NCBI GenBank assembly: GCA_031282735.1 | Contig: JAITDE010000018.1 | Location: 30,057 to 94,056 of the forward strand | Direction: 5' to 3' | DNA length: 64,000 nucleotides | DNA from: Oscillospiraceae bacterium | Lineage (GTDB): Bacteria; Bacillota; Clostridia; Oscillospirales; Acutalibacteraceae | Shown here: positions 46,234 through 54,956 of the stretch, in pieces | How the letters are laid out: every line of letters begins with the position of its first letter | Position numbering within the stretch: the stretch's first letter is position 1 | Position numbers and translations under genes: made by a program | Notes under the pieces: generated by a model | Told to the model about the DNA's origin: nothing | The model's input: the letters and a program-made list of their open reading frames with translations, nothing else | The model's database searches: none

Positions 46234-46265
46234 CGTGAACTCCAATCATTTTTATTTTGTATCCA

Positions 46266-46988
46266 TCAAACGTTACGTTTCAGCCATTCCATGCTGCGGG
46301 CGATGTCGTTCAAGCCATATGGCTTGGGGTTGTCGTTTTCGAGAACAAGCCATTCGATGCCGGCGGTTTTTGCGCCGCGCACGACCGCCGCCAAGTCGCA
46401 TTCGCCTTCGCCCAGAGCCAACGGATTGTGACCGATACCATCTTTGATATGAATCAGGCGGATTTTATCTTTGTGCGCCGTGATGTAAGCCTCGTTGTCG
46501 ATGCCCGCGCAAAAGCTCCAATAGGTGTCAAGCTCAACCGAACAAGCGTCAAAGAGCGCGTCCATCGCAACCGTGCCGTCGGCATAGGGCGTAAATTCGT
46601 CGACATGGTTGTGATAATAGATTGTAACGCCCTGTTCGGCGGCAAGCTTGGAGGCATAGGCGAAAACAGCGCAGGTAACACGGATTTCGTCGGGCGTATG
46701 GTGCGGCGCGCCGCCCGTGCCCGAGTAGGGCATGCCGAGCACACGGGCGTATTCCAGCGTCTCTTTCAAGTTGTAGGGCATATAGTTTTCAATACCGATA
46801 TGCGTGCCGATGGCGACAAGCCCCGCTTCATCCAGCGCACAGCGGATTTTTGCGGCGGGCAAGCCGAAATATCCCGCGAATTCAACGCCGTCAAAGCCGA
46901 TCGCCTTGATTTTGGGGAACAACGCCAAAAGATCTTCGCCCGTTTGGATATGGTCTCGCAGGGAATAAAGTTGCACGGCTAATTTCAT
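46266..46988 (-). CDS. Sugar phosphate isomerase/epimerase (xylose-isomerase-like TIM barrel)
   Basis: MKLAVQLYSLRD... is the typical N-terminus of this family. 240 aa. Confidence 0.8.
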   Translation of the reverse strand: MKLAVQLYSLRDHIQTGEDLLALFPKIKAIGFDGVEFAGYFGLPAAKIRCALDEAGLVAIGTHIGIENYMPYNLKETLEYARVLGMPYSGTGGAPHHTPDEIRVTCAVFAYASKLAAEQGVTIYYHNHVDEFTPYADGTVAMDALFDACSVELDTYWSFCAGIDNEAYITAHKDKIRLIHIKDGIGHNPLALGEGECDLAAVVRGAKTAGIEWLVLENDNPKPYGLNDIARSMEWLKRNV

Positions 46989-46999
46989 GTTGTATCCTC

Positions 47000-48097
47000 T
47001 CAGCTTAAAAACACAGGTTGCCCTGTTTTTGCGGATTCATAGATGGCTTCCAAAATTTGCGTGACGACAATGGCTTGATCGGCTCGCGTGGGCGGATCTG
47101 TGTCGTCGATCACGGATTGAATCCACGCGCGGGCTTCCAGTTCGGAGGGTTCGGAGCTTGAGCCCTCAAAGAAGGCCGCGCCGCCCGAATTGAAATCAGG
47201 CGTTTCGATGCATTGACGCCCGTATTGAACGCGATTGATGCGGAGTTTGCCTTCGGTTAGCATATCCGCACCCGCTTTGTCGCCGCAAAGAAGACAAACG
47301 GATTCGCGTGGCTCGGCATGGTTGAGAGCCCAACTGCTTTCCAGCACAATCGTCGCGCCGTTTTCCATTACAACAAAGCCAAACGCGGAATCCTCCGTGG
47401 TAAACTTGTCGGGATCCCACTCGCCCCAAGCGTTGGCGGTGCGGGTTTGCTTGCCGAGTTTTTTGTAGGTCGTGCCAACCACCATCCGCGGCTTGTAGTT
47501 GTTCATCGTCCAAAGTGTCAAATCCAAAGCGTGTGTGCCGATGTCGATCAGCGGACCGCCGCCCTGTTCATATTCGTTGAGGAAAACGCCCCATGTCGGC
47601 ACGGCGCGGCGGCGAATGGCGATCGCCCGCGCGTAGTAGATTTCGCCCAAATCGCCCGCCTGAACGGCTTCGCGCAAATAGAGCGAATCGCTGCGCCAAC
47701 GCCCTTGATAGCCAATCGTGAGTTTTTTGCCCGTGCGGATAGACGCCTCCAACATTGCTTGCGCCTCTTTGTAAGTTTTTGCCATTGGCTTTTCGCACAT
47801 CACGTGCTTGCCCGCCTCCAGCGCGTCGACGGTGATAAAGCTGTGCGAACGGTTGGGTGTGCACACGTGCACCACTTCAATTGTGGGGTCGGCAAGCAAT
47901 TCTTTGTAGTCAACATAGACTTTCGCTTCGGGTGTGCCGAATTTTTTTGCGGCTTCCGTTGCTTTTTCTTCAATGATGTCGCAAAACGCGACAAGTTCAA
48001 CAGTGTCAATTTTGATCAGATTGGGCATGTGCTTGCCATTGGCGATACCGCCGCAACCGATGATACCGATGCGGACTTTTTTTGTGATTTCTGGCAT
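47000..48097 (-). CDS. Gfo/Idh/MocA-family oxidoreductase
   Basis: VRIGIIGCGGIANGKH Rossmann N-terminus. ATG 48097 lies behind GAGGAG. The 80-codon upstream extension in the ORF track has no RBS. Confidence 0.88.
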   Translation of the reverse strand: MPEITKKVRIGIIGCGGIANGKHMPNLIKIDTVELVAFCDIIEEKATEAAKKFGTPEAKVYVDYKELLADPTIEVVHVCTPNRSHSFITVDALEAGKHVMCEKPMAKTYKEAQAMLEASIRTGKKLTIGYQGRWRSDSLYLREAVQAGDLGEIYYARAIAIRRRAVPTWGVFLNEYEQGGGPLIDIGTHALDLTLWTMNNYKPRMVVGTTYKKLGKQTRTANAWGEWDPDKFTTEDSAFGFVVMENGATIVLESSWALNHAEPRESVCLLCGDKAGADMLTEGKLRINRVQYGRQCIETPDFNSGGAAFFEGSSSEPSELEARAWIQSVIDDTDPPTRADQAIVVTQILEAIYESAKTGQPVFLS

Positions 48098-48251
48098 AAA
48101 AACGCTCCTCTTATTTGTAATTTGGGACTTTTCTATTATAAACGATTGCGGCGAAATTGCAAGGGGGTTTGCGTAAAATTTTTGCTTTTGTGATGCATAC
48201 GCAAAAAAATCTGGCGGTTGACCATCCAAGCAGGATTGTGCGCCCACATCC

Positions 48252-48289
48252 AAAAGCCCATCCACTTTTGCAAAAGAGGATGGGCTTTT
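48252..48289 (-). terminator. Intrinsic terminator after the giant surface-protein gene
   Basis: AAAAGCCCATCC-N14-GGATGGGCTTTT, with U-runs on both strands. Confidence 0.7.
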
Positions 48290-48303
48290 GGCGGTTTTCT
48301 TCT

Positions 48304-51300
48304 CTACCCCACCAACCCGAGCAATTTTCTCAGCCAATCCAAAATAATCTGGAGGAGGGACTTTTTCTTTGCCGCCGCTGTGGCGGACGGTTGCTGAGCC
48401 GCAGGCGCTTGAGGCGCTTCCTCTTGCGGCGAGGATTCGCCGTCAGACGGCAGATCGGGGTTTGGCGCGGGTTGCTCTTCGTTCGGAACGATTGGATCGA
48501 CCGCCGGATTTTGCGGAACTTCGGGCGGCAACGCGGGATCGACTGTCGGTTCAACAAAATTCTGCGTCAAATCATTGCCCTCGCCCTCCGCGCTGTCGGT
48601 ATCGGCGTAGGCCACGGTCTCAAGCCACTCGCCGTCGATTTGCACAAAAATTTGCAATTGTCCGGCGGCTGTAATCCCCTCGATCGTCCAAATCAGCATG
48701 TCGTACGGCGCGGATTCTATCGTCACATGCGGGCTTGTTTCGCGGTATGTCACCGCCGCGCCCGTCGCCAAATCCTTGACCAAAAGTGCTTCGGCATTGG
48801 CAGTCGTGAGCACGCGTAATTGCCAAGAATCACCAATTTGTGCCGGTTCTACCATCGCCACAATGCCGTCGGCGAGCGCAAATATTTCGTGAGTCTGACC
48901 GTTGAACGCGGCCTCCATCGGTTGGTTATCAACAGGCAAGCTGATCTCCTGCGCCGCAAAAGCCTGCTGGATATCAGCATTTTGCGCGCCAAACGAAACA
49001 TCGTTGTTGGCTGTTTGCTGGGTATTGTAACCATCCACAAGCTTGAGTTTCAGCGGCAACGGCACGTTGTTTTCGCCCATTTCGAGATGAATGGTCGTTG
49101 TCGCCGAGTTCCCCGCTTTGTCCGTAACCAGAATCGTCACGCGGTTGTCGTTTTTGGGCAACGGACCGCTGAACGAATATGCAAAGCTATCTTGACAGTT
49201 GCTCCACTTGGTGTCCGAACCCAAAAGCGTACCGAACGGTCGGACATACTCAACACCGCCGTCGTAGGCGTTTTGATAAATCGAAACCTCGTTGAATCCC
49301 GCGCCGCCCTGTTCTGTAATCGTCACAGTTGTGCTTTCGCTCGGATTTTTCGCTTGTTGAATGATCGGCGCACGCGCGTCGTGGTTGTTCAGGCGCAGCA
49401 AATCGGAATTCACCACATTGCCGAAACGATCCGTGATACGCACGTAGACAAGCTCGCGGTTATAGGCGGTATCGCTGCCTGTTTTCGCTTTCAAGGATGT
49501 ATCGCCAAGCAGTTTTTGCGATGGTTGGGACTGAATCCACTTGCTCACCTTGCCTTTGCCATCACCAGTGCTATAGTATATATAGGCGTTTTCTTTTGCG
49601 GTTTTGAGCGATCCACTGGAATATTCTTGAATAATCGCGTTTTCGGCCGGAACATTCGGGTCAAGTTTTGCCAGATAGCTTTGCGATTCAAGGAGTTCCC
49701 ACGTTTGCGTTAGACCAATATCGCGGGTGATGAGTTCGCCCGGCACCCATTTGTCCGGCTCGACGAGCACATTGTTGAAAACTTTGATATCCTGCTTACA
49801 ATAAATGACATAAATTGTGAAACTTTTCACACTGTCTTTTGTGTCAAAGTGCACCTGCTTCGCATTTTCTCGCCTAGCTCCGTTTTCAAAAAATCCGTTA
49901 GCCGCCGGTTGATTCCCCGCCATGTCGGACACAACCACACGATACGATGCCGCAACTTTATTTGTTTTGCTCCCAAAATCGCACTCAATCTTAGCATAAG
50001 CTTTCGTGTCAACAATTTCTATTCCAGCCACACGCACAGGCGTTGTTACAGTTGAACCGCCCGCCACTTGACTTTCCTCAATGCTTACGACCACGTTCTT
50101 TCTGCTCGCGTCGCCGTCAGGGAAGTTGTCGCAAATTTCCATCACAATATATGTCTTTGAATTGTTGGTATAGAAGCAGAAATCCGCCGCCTGCGCCTCG
50201 TGGAATGCCTTTGCTGCCCAAGTGTAGTCCTTGATCTCTGTCGCTGTGCTTGACGCTATCCAACCGTTGTGCAATCCGGCTTCGCCGTCTCTCGGCGTTT
50301 TGCCGATAAAGTTCGCGGCACTGAACAGCACGCCGGAACTGCCATAATCCGCCGTATTTGCGCTGCCCAATCCGTAATAGGGCAGATGCGTCGTCCAGTC
50401 CTCAGGTAATGCGGGCAACACAGTCGTTGTGCCGTCGGTCTTCGTTTTGGTGTAGAAGTTGACGGTGGGGGGGCATTTGTCGATCTGTTGCGCATAAACC
50501 GTTATTGCTTTGGTGATCGGGGTTTTCACATTAAAAGGTTTGGTCAATTCTGCATCGCTATACCAAGCTTTGACGGATTCCTTTGTGTTCAGAGCTACTA
50601 GACCGTCCCAACTGTCAAAAGTATCCTCATACGTGTAGTCATGGGTGCCTACCGGCGTGTCGTTTTTGACGAACGTGACGGTGAATTGACTGCGCGACCA
50701 CTGGGCATAAAGCGTGATATCACTTGTATATTCCCATTTGAACTCCGTGCCTGCAGGATAGGCAGCACCCCCGCCGTCGGGTTTGGTGTTCCAAGTGGTG
50801 AAATACCAACCGTATTTCTCGTAATCGTTTGCTTTCGGCGTGTAGTTTGCGTCATAAGTCGCTTGATCGCCCGCAACCGTACCCGTTGCGTCGGGCAGTT
50901 CGGTCAACTTGTTGTTGGGATTGTAAGTCACGTTGTACGTATTCGGTGTCCATTGGGCATAAAGGTCAAACACATCGTAGTTGTTCGGGCGCAATTGGCT
51001 GACTAGCTGTTGGTCGTTGTAGTTCGTCCCCGTGCCGTTCGCCGCCGTGTTCCACTTGAGGAACGTATACCCCGTGCGTATGAACGTGTTGGGGGTCAGT
51101 TGTTTGGTTTCCGCGAACGTGAAGCGCTGATCGTAGCTCGGATCGGTATTGTCGTCGGGGTTGCGGTGGAATTGCACATAGTAAGTGTTTTCAATCCACT
51201 GCGCGTAGAGTTGCACTATGCCGCCATCGGTTGGCGTCAATTGCCACACCGATTGCCCCGGTGTATACGATGTCCCCGAACCGTTTACAGCGGTGTTCCA

Positions 51301-54300
51301 TCCGTTGAATGTGTAACCAGCTCTTGTGAACGTGTTATTCGCGATTGGATAACGCTGATCATACTGGCACGTTTGTGTGTTGACTGTGCCGCTCCCGCCA
51401 TTGGGGGAATACGTGATTGAATACGTGTTCGGCGTGTAGTAGAAATTCCAAACCAATTGATTGCCGCGCCCAAAAACAGAAGAACTGACCTCATTGATAT
51501 GCTGGGTTTCGTTGCCTGTGACCGCGTAGCAGGTGTGGTAGCCGGCGTAAGTGAAGCCGGGGATATTGTTCTTTGACGCAATCACTTTTTCGCCGTATTG
51601 ATAATCCATGCTTTCGGTTTCAATCAACTTGTTCGTGTATCCGCTCTGCTCGTTCAGGCTGAAGTGATTTGCATGGGCGGTTAACGGTTGCGCCGACACC
51701 GCGTTGGATGCCGCGTTCACATTGTTGGTCAACGTGGTTACTTCTTCCGCGGTCAGCTCGGCATCGGGTTGGCAAAGTTCTTGCGCGAGCGCATTCAAGT
51801 TGTTGATGTAAGTCGTCCATTGTGCGTTGCTCACATACCTTTGTTGCACGCTCTTTTTAATCTGCTCCTGCAAAGTGGTGCGCAGGTTTGCTTTGTTCAC
51901 AAAGGTGGCTTGCAAAACAGCTTTCGCTATTTTGCGGACTTCGGTTGTCCCCCAGTTGTCATTCTTTCCCAATGCAACCCAACGGACGTTAAAAGTTGCG
52001 GTGTCGAAATCCGTAACTGTTTTGAAGTAGGTTGTATTCGTTAAATCTAGATCCTGCTTATCGTCAGTTACGCTACTTACATTCCAACCAACTTTATCGT
52101 CGTTGTGTGACATTTGTCCGTAACTGCTTTGTTCTGCTTTGTAATTTTCGCCGTTTGAACCCTTAACTGAAAATGACCAGTCGTTATTTCCACCATTGTT
52201 TATGCGCATATCGGTCGTCATTATGTTGAACGACAAATTTGGAATTTGCTTCAAATTGCTATAACGTGAACGATCAATTGTGATGAACGCGTCAGGGCTT
52301 GTTACACTGTCACCATAGCCATTTCCTTCTTTTTGGCTTATATAGGCAAACCCGCCTTTGCCGTCACCCATTGCGGAAGTGTTAGAAAGCCATTCTCTTA
52401 CATCTGTATTACTGGTGGCACTGTCATTTGCCAACAGTAATGTTTGCAATTTCCTTGACCCTGTCGTATTCCAATCGTAATAGGTAGTGGTGTTCGAATC
52501 GTCTGCGGCATAACTGCCATTTAAGGTTTGACGTGCCACGCTGTGTGCGCCGACCCACCAAGAAATACCGCCAATCCATACATTGGTGGTGGAGCCCATT
52601 GCGGTGCGAGAAGTATGCCCTTTCACTGCCGCGCCCGCAATCCCGATGTAGGGCGTGTAAATGTAACTGTAGGTGTATGCCGTGTAGGATACGTCGCCAA
52701 TTTTATAATCCGCGCGCCAGCGCAAAAGACCGCTTGTGCTGATTTGCGCAAGATGCGTGTTGTCGAGCGCAATGCGCCCCGCAAGTTTGTTGGTGTTGTA
52801 GCTGATGTTGTGTTGCGGGTTGAAAGCGTCGCCCCAATCGCCGGCTTGACCCATCCCCCTTGAGTTGTCATCTCCGATCAAAGTCGTGCCAATCAGCAAT
52901 TGCGCGGTTCGGATAAAGACCTGCCCGCCCCAGTCTGCGATGGGGTTAGTAGGTTTATCCGTGAGATCGGTGTCCCAAACGTCGCTACCTGTAGGCTTGA
53001 AAGCTTCGGCATAAACGCGCACGTTCGTCGCCTGTTGGTTGTAGAAATAAACCCAGCCAATCGTGTTCTCCGCCGATTGACCAGTGCCAGGGGAACTTGC
53101 GTTGCCAAACGACGGCACTGCGTTCATTACGCTCGTTTTATCCATTTGGTCGGCGAAGTATTGCACACGCAAGCCGAGATTGTTTTCAAGCTGCTTCGGG
53201 TTAAGAGCGTCGGTCGGTGCGGTGTAAAACACTTCGGGCGCGGAAAAGAATGTTTCGGAAGCTTCGGGCGCGGGCAAATTGGCGACAAGCTTGCTTTGTA
53301 ATTCCAGTTGTTGTGCGTTGAAATCCGCCTCGCGCGGGTTGCCAAGTTTCGTGCAAGCGGCTCTGAGTGCCGTGTCAACATTCGAGGCGTTGCTGAACAT
53401 TGATATCGGCGTATTCGTCGCCGCCAAAACGGCTTGCCGCAAGCCGGATTTATCCACCATGTTGATGCTCAAATTGAGCGTCAGGTTGAGCCGCGAATTT
53501 GCGTTGCCGTCAACCCCATAGCATACATGCGAGAACATGGAAGTGGTGTGCGGTCCCGTGCCGTTCACGGGAAAATCAAGTGATTTGCTCGACCAATTCA
53601 ACCGTTCGGAGGTGTTGCCCGAGAATGTAAACACGGTGTTGCCTTTCGGCACTTCAATGTGCGAACTGTCGCGCCACGAACCGCTGCTGCGCTCATCGTC
53701 TGTCGTCACGTAGGCGGCATACAGATTCGGGACTTGTTTTAAGTTCGAAAAACGGCTCGTGTCCACTGTAATATAACCCGTGCCGCCGTTGACATTCGCC
53801 GTGGCCTTGCCCTGGTCGCCGCTTGATGACCCTTGATCAACGTAATCGTAACCGCGCTCATTGTCAAAGCTGTCTTTTTGCGTCAGCCAGTGGGTTGTCG
53901 GGCGGGCGTTGTCTACGTTGGGAATTTGGGTTTCGGCCAGAATCGCGGCTTGACCAGCGTCAGTCAAAGAGTATAATCCGCCGCCGACGTTGTGAAAACC
54001 GCGCATCATGAGGATACCGCCGACCCAGTGTTCCCAAGCGGCACCAAAGTAGTAAGAGTGCGCCTCGCCCGCCGCGCCCGCGCTTTTGTAGGACGGCGCG
54101 TAGCAGTAGGTGTAATTATAGATGGTGCAGCTTGTGCCGCCCGCCGTGAACGTGGCTCTCCATTGGATGAGCGAACCGCTGTTCTGCCCGACGGCGGTGT
54201 TCAGCGAGCCGCCCGTGATGGTGACCTCAGCCGCGTTGTTTGTGCCTGTTTGGCTCATTTGAACCGACGCCCCGTTGGCGCAACTGATGGAAATATTGGT

Positions 54301-54636
54301 TGCGCCAGCGTAGCTGAAGTAGATTTTGCCTTGCGTGCTTGTCGTACCCTCGGCAGTGCCGAGCGCGGTCACGTTGGAGTATGTGCCGAAACTGCTGAAC
54401 GAACCGGTGGTGTTCCATGCGAGCCATACCGTTTCGGGCACGGCGAACACCGCTTGCGGCAGGCTGGATTCCTTGCTGAGTTGCGCGCTCACGGGTGTGA
54501 TGAACAGCGTGAGTACACTCAGACACGAAGCCAGCATGAGCATGGCGAGCAAAAGCCCCATGCCGCGTTTGCCGAGTTTTTTGACTTTTGCGATACCCGG
54601 CAACTCCTTCAAACCGTTGCACTTATATTTTTGCAT
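48304..54636 (-). CDS. Giant (~2110 aa) secreted/cell-surface protein
   Basis: Layout: signal peptide (GLLLAMLMLASCLSVLTLFITPVSAQ), two paralogous ~400-520-aa modules (coordinates 53272-54459 and 51697-53256), Listeria-Bacteroides repeats (50488-51426), a ~600-aa unknown region, a Pro-rich stalk and a short amphipathic tail. The repeats show GYTFNGWNT...LYAQW three to four times. There is no LPXTG. ATG 54636 lies behind GGGGGAAGGGG. Confidence 0.85.
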   Translation of the reverse strand: MQKYKCNGLKELPGIAKVKKLGKRGMGLLLAMLMLASCLSVLTLFITPVSAQLSKESSLPQAVFAVPETVWLAWNTTGSFSSFGTYSNVTALGTAEGTTSTQGKIYFSYAGATNISISCANGASVQMSQTGTNNAAEVTITGGSLNTAVGQNSGSLIQWRATFTAGGTSCTIYNYTYCYAPSYKSAGAAGEAHSYYFGAAWEHWVGGILMMRGFHNVGGGLYSLTDAGQAAILAETQIPNVDNARPTTHWLTQKDSFDNERGYDYVDQGSSSGDQGKATANVNGGTGYITVDTSRFSNLKQVPNLYAAYVTTDDERSSGSWRDSSHIEVPKGNTVFTFSGNTSERLNWSSKSLDFPVNGTGPHTTSMFSHVCYGVDGNANSRLNLTLNLSINMVDKSGLRQAVLAATNTPISMFSNASNVDTALRAACTKLGNPREADFNAQQLELQSKLVANLPAPEASETFFSAPEVFYTAPTDALNPKQLENNLGLRVQYFADQMDKTSVMNAVPSFGNASSPGTGQSAENTIGWVYFYNQQATNVRVYAEAFKPTGSDVWDTDLTDKPTNPIADWGGQVFIRTAQLLIGTTLIGDDNSRGMGQAGDWGDAFNPQHNISYNTNKLAGRIALDNTHLAQISTSGLLRWRADYKIGDVSYTAYTYSYIYTPYIGIAGAAVKGHTSRTAMGSTTNVWIGGISWWVGAHSVARQTLNGSYAADDSNTTTYYDWNTTGSRKLQTLLLANDSATSNTDVREWLSNTSAMGDGKGGFAYISQKEGNGYGDSVTSPDAFITIDRSRYSNLKQIPNLSFNIMTTDMRINNGGNNDWSFSVKGSNGENYKAEQSSYGQMSHNDDKVGWNVSSVTDDKQDLDLTNTTYFKTVTDFDTATFNVRWVALGKNDNWGTTEVRKIAKAVLQATFVNKANLRTTLQEQIKKSVQQRYVSNAQWTTYINNLNALAQELCQPDAELTAEEVTTLTNNVNAASNAVSAQPLTAHANHFSLNEQSGYTNKLIETESMDYQYGEKVIASKNNIPGFTYAGYHTCYAVTGNETQHINEVSSSVFGRGNQLVWNFYYTPNTYSITYSPNGGSGTVNTQTCQYDQRYPIANNTFTRAGYTFNGWNTAVNGSGTSYTPGQSVWQLTPTDGGIVQLYAQWIENTYYVQFHRNPDDNTDPSYDQRFTFAETKQLTPNTFIRTGYTFLKWNTAANGTGTNYNDQQLVSQLRPNNYDVFDLYAQWTPNTYNVTYNPNNKLTELPDATGTVAGDQATYDANYTPKANDYEKYGWYFTTWNTKPDGGGAAYPAGTEFKWEYTSDITLYAQWSRSQFTVTFVKNDTPVGTHDYTYEDTFDSWDGLVALNTKESVKAWYSDAELTKPFNVKTPITKAITVYAQQIDKCPPTVNFYTKTKTDGTTTVLPALPEDWTTHLPYYGLGSANTADYGSSGVLFSAANFIGKTPRDGEAGLHNGWIASSTATEIKDYTWAAKAFHEAQAADFCFYTNNSKTYIVMEICDNFPDGDASRKNVVVSIEESQVAGGSTVTTPVRVAGIEIVDTKAYAKIECDFGSKTNKVAASYRVVVSDMAGNQPAANGFFENGARRENAKQVHFDTKDSVKSFTIYVIYCKQDIKVFNNVLVEPDKWVPGELITRDIGLTQTWELLESQSYLAKLDPNVPAENAIIQEYSSGSLKTAKENAYIYYSTGDGKGKVSKWIQSQPSQKLLGDTSLKAKTGSDTAYNRELVYVRITDRFGNVVNSDLLRLNNHDARAPIIQQAKNPSESTTVTITEQGGAGFNEVSIYQNAYDGGVEYVRPFGTLLGSDTKWSNCQDSFAYSFSGPLPKNDNRVTILVTDKAGNSATTTIHLEMGENNVPLPLKLKLVDGYNTQQTANNDVSFGAQNADIQQAFAAQEISLPVDNQPMEAAFNGQTHEIFALADGIVAMVEPAQIGDSWQLRVLTTANAEALLVKDLATGAAVTYRETSPHVTIESAPYDMLIWTIEGITAAGQLQIFVQIDGEWLETVAYADTDSAEGEGNDLTQNFVEPTVDPALPPEVPQNPAVDPIVPNEEQPAPNPDLPSDGESSPQEEAPQAPAAQQPSATAAAKKKSLLQIILDWLRKLLGLVG

Positions 54637-54807
54637 ATCAATATGTGCCCCTTCCCCCTTGCAGATACTCTCATACAAGGATACTGTACACGAAAACGGT
54701 AAAAATTGCAAGCCCTTTCCTTACGATTTGTGTACTATTTTATATTTACCCCTTATTTTTTATGAAATATTGCCAAAGATATGCGGACAATCCGATGAAG
54801 GCACAGC

Positions 54808-54837
54808 AAAAGCCCGTGAAATTTTTCACGGGCTTTT
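54808..54837. terminator. Bidirectional terminator hairpin downstream of mnmG
   Basis: AAAAGCCCGTGAAA/TTTTTCACGGGCTTTT. Near-identical to the hairpin at 62585. Confidence 0.65.
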
Positions 54838-54843
54838 AGTGAT

Positions 54844-54879
54844 CGCGCAAATATATATCAGCCTAAAAATGACCGCGCG
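54844..54879. repeat. 36-nt direct repeat, unit 1
   Basis: CGCGCAAATATATATCAGCCTAAAAATGACCGCGCG. Confidence 0.85.
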
Positions 54880-54920
54880 CCCCTGCGGGGAGCAGTCGCT
54901 TCGCGCTGTCATATTTAGTC

Positions 54921-54956
54921 CGCGCAAATATATATCAGTCTAAAAATGATCGCGCG
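54921..54956. repeat. 36-nt direct repeat, unit 2
   Basis: CGCGCAAATATATATCAGTCTAAAAATGATCGCGCG (34/36 identical, 77-nt period). Contains the mnmG stop codon. Confidence 0.85.

Noticed and set aside
54844-54956. Possible mini-CRISPR array (two 36-nt direct repeats with a 41-nt spacer)
   Set aside because: There are only two repeat units and no cas genes in 64 kb. The repeats are contiguous with another dispersed repeat family and overlap the mnmG stop codon. They behave like REP/MITE-type sequence.
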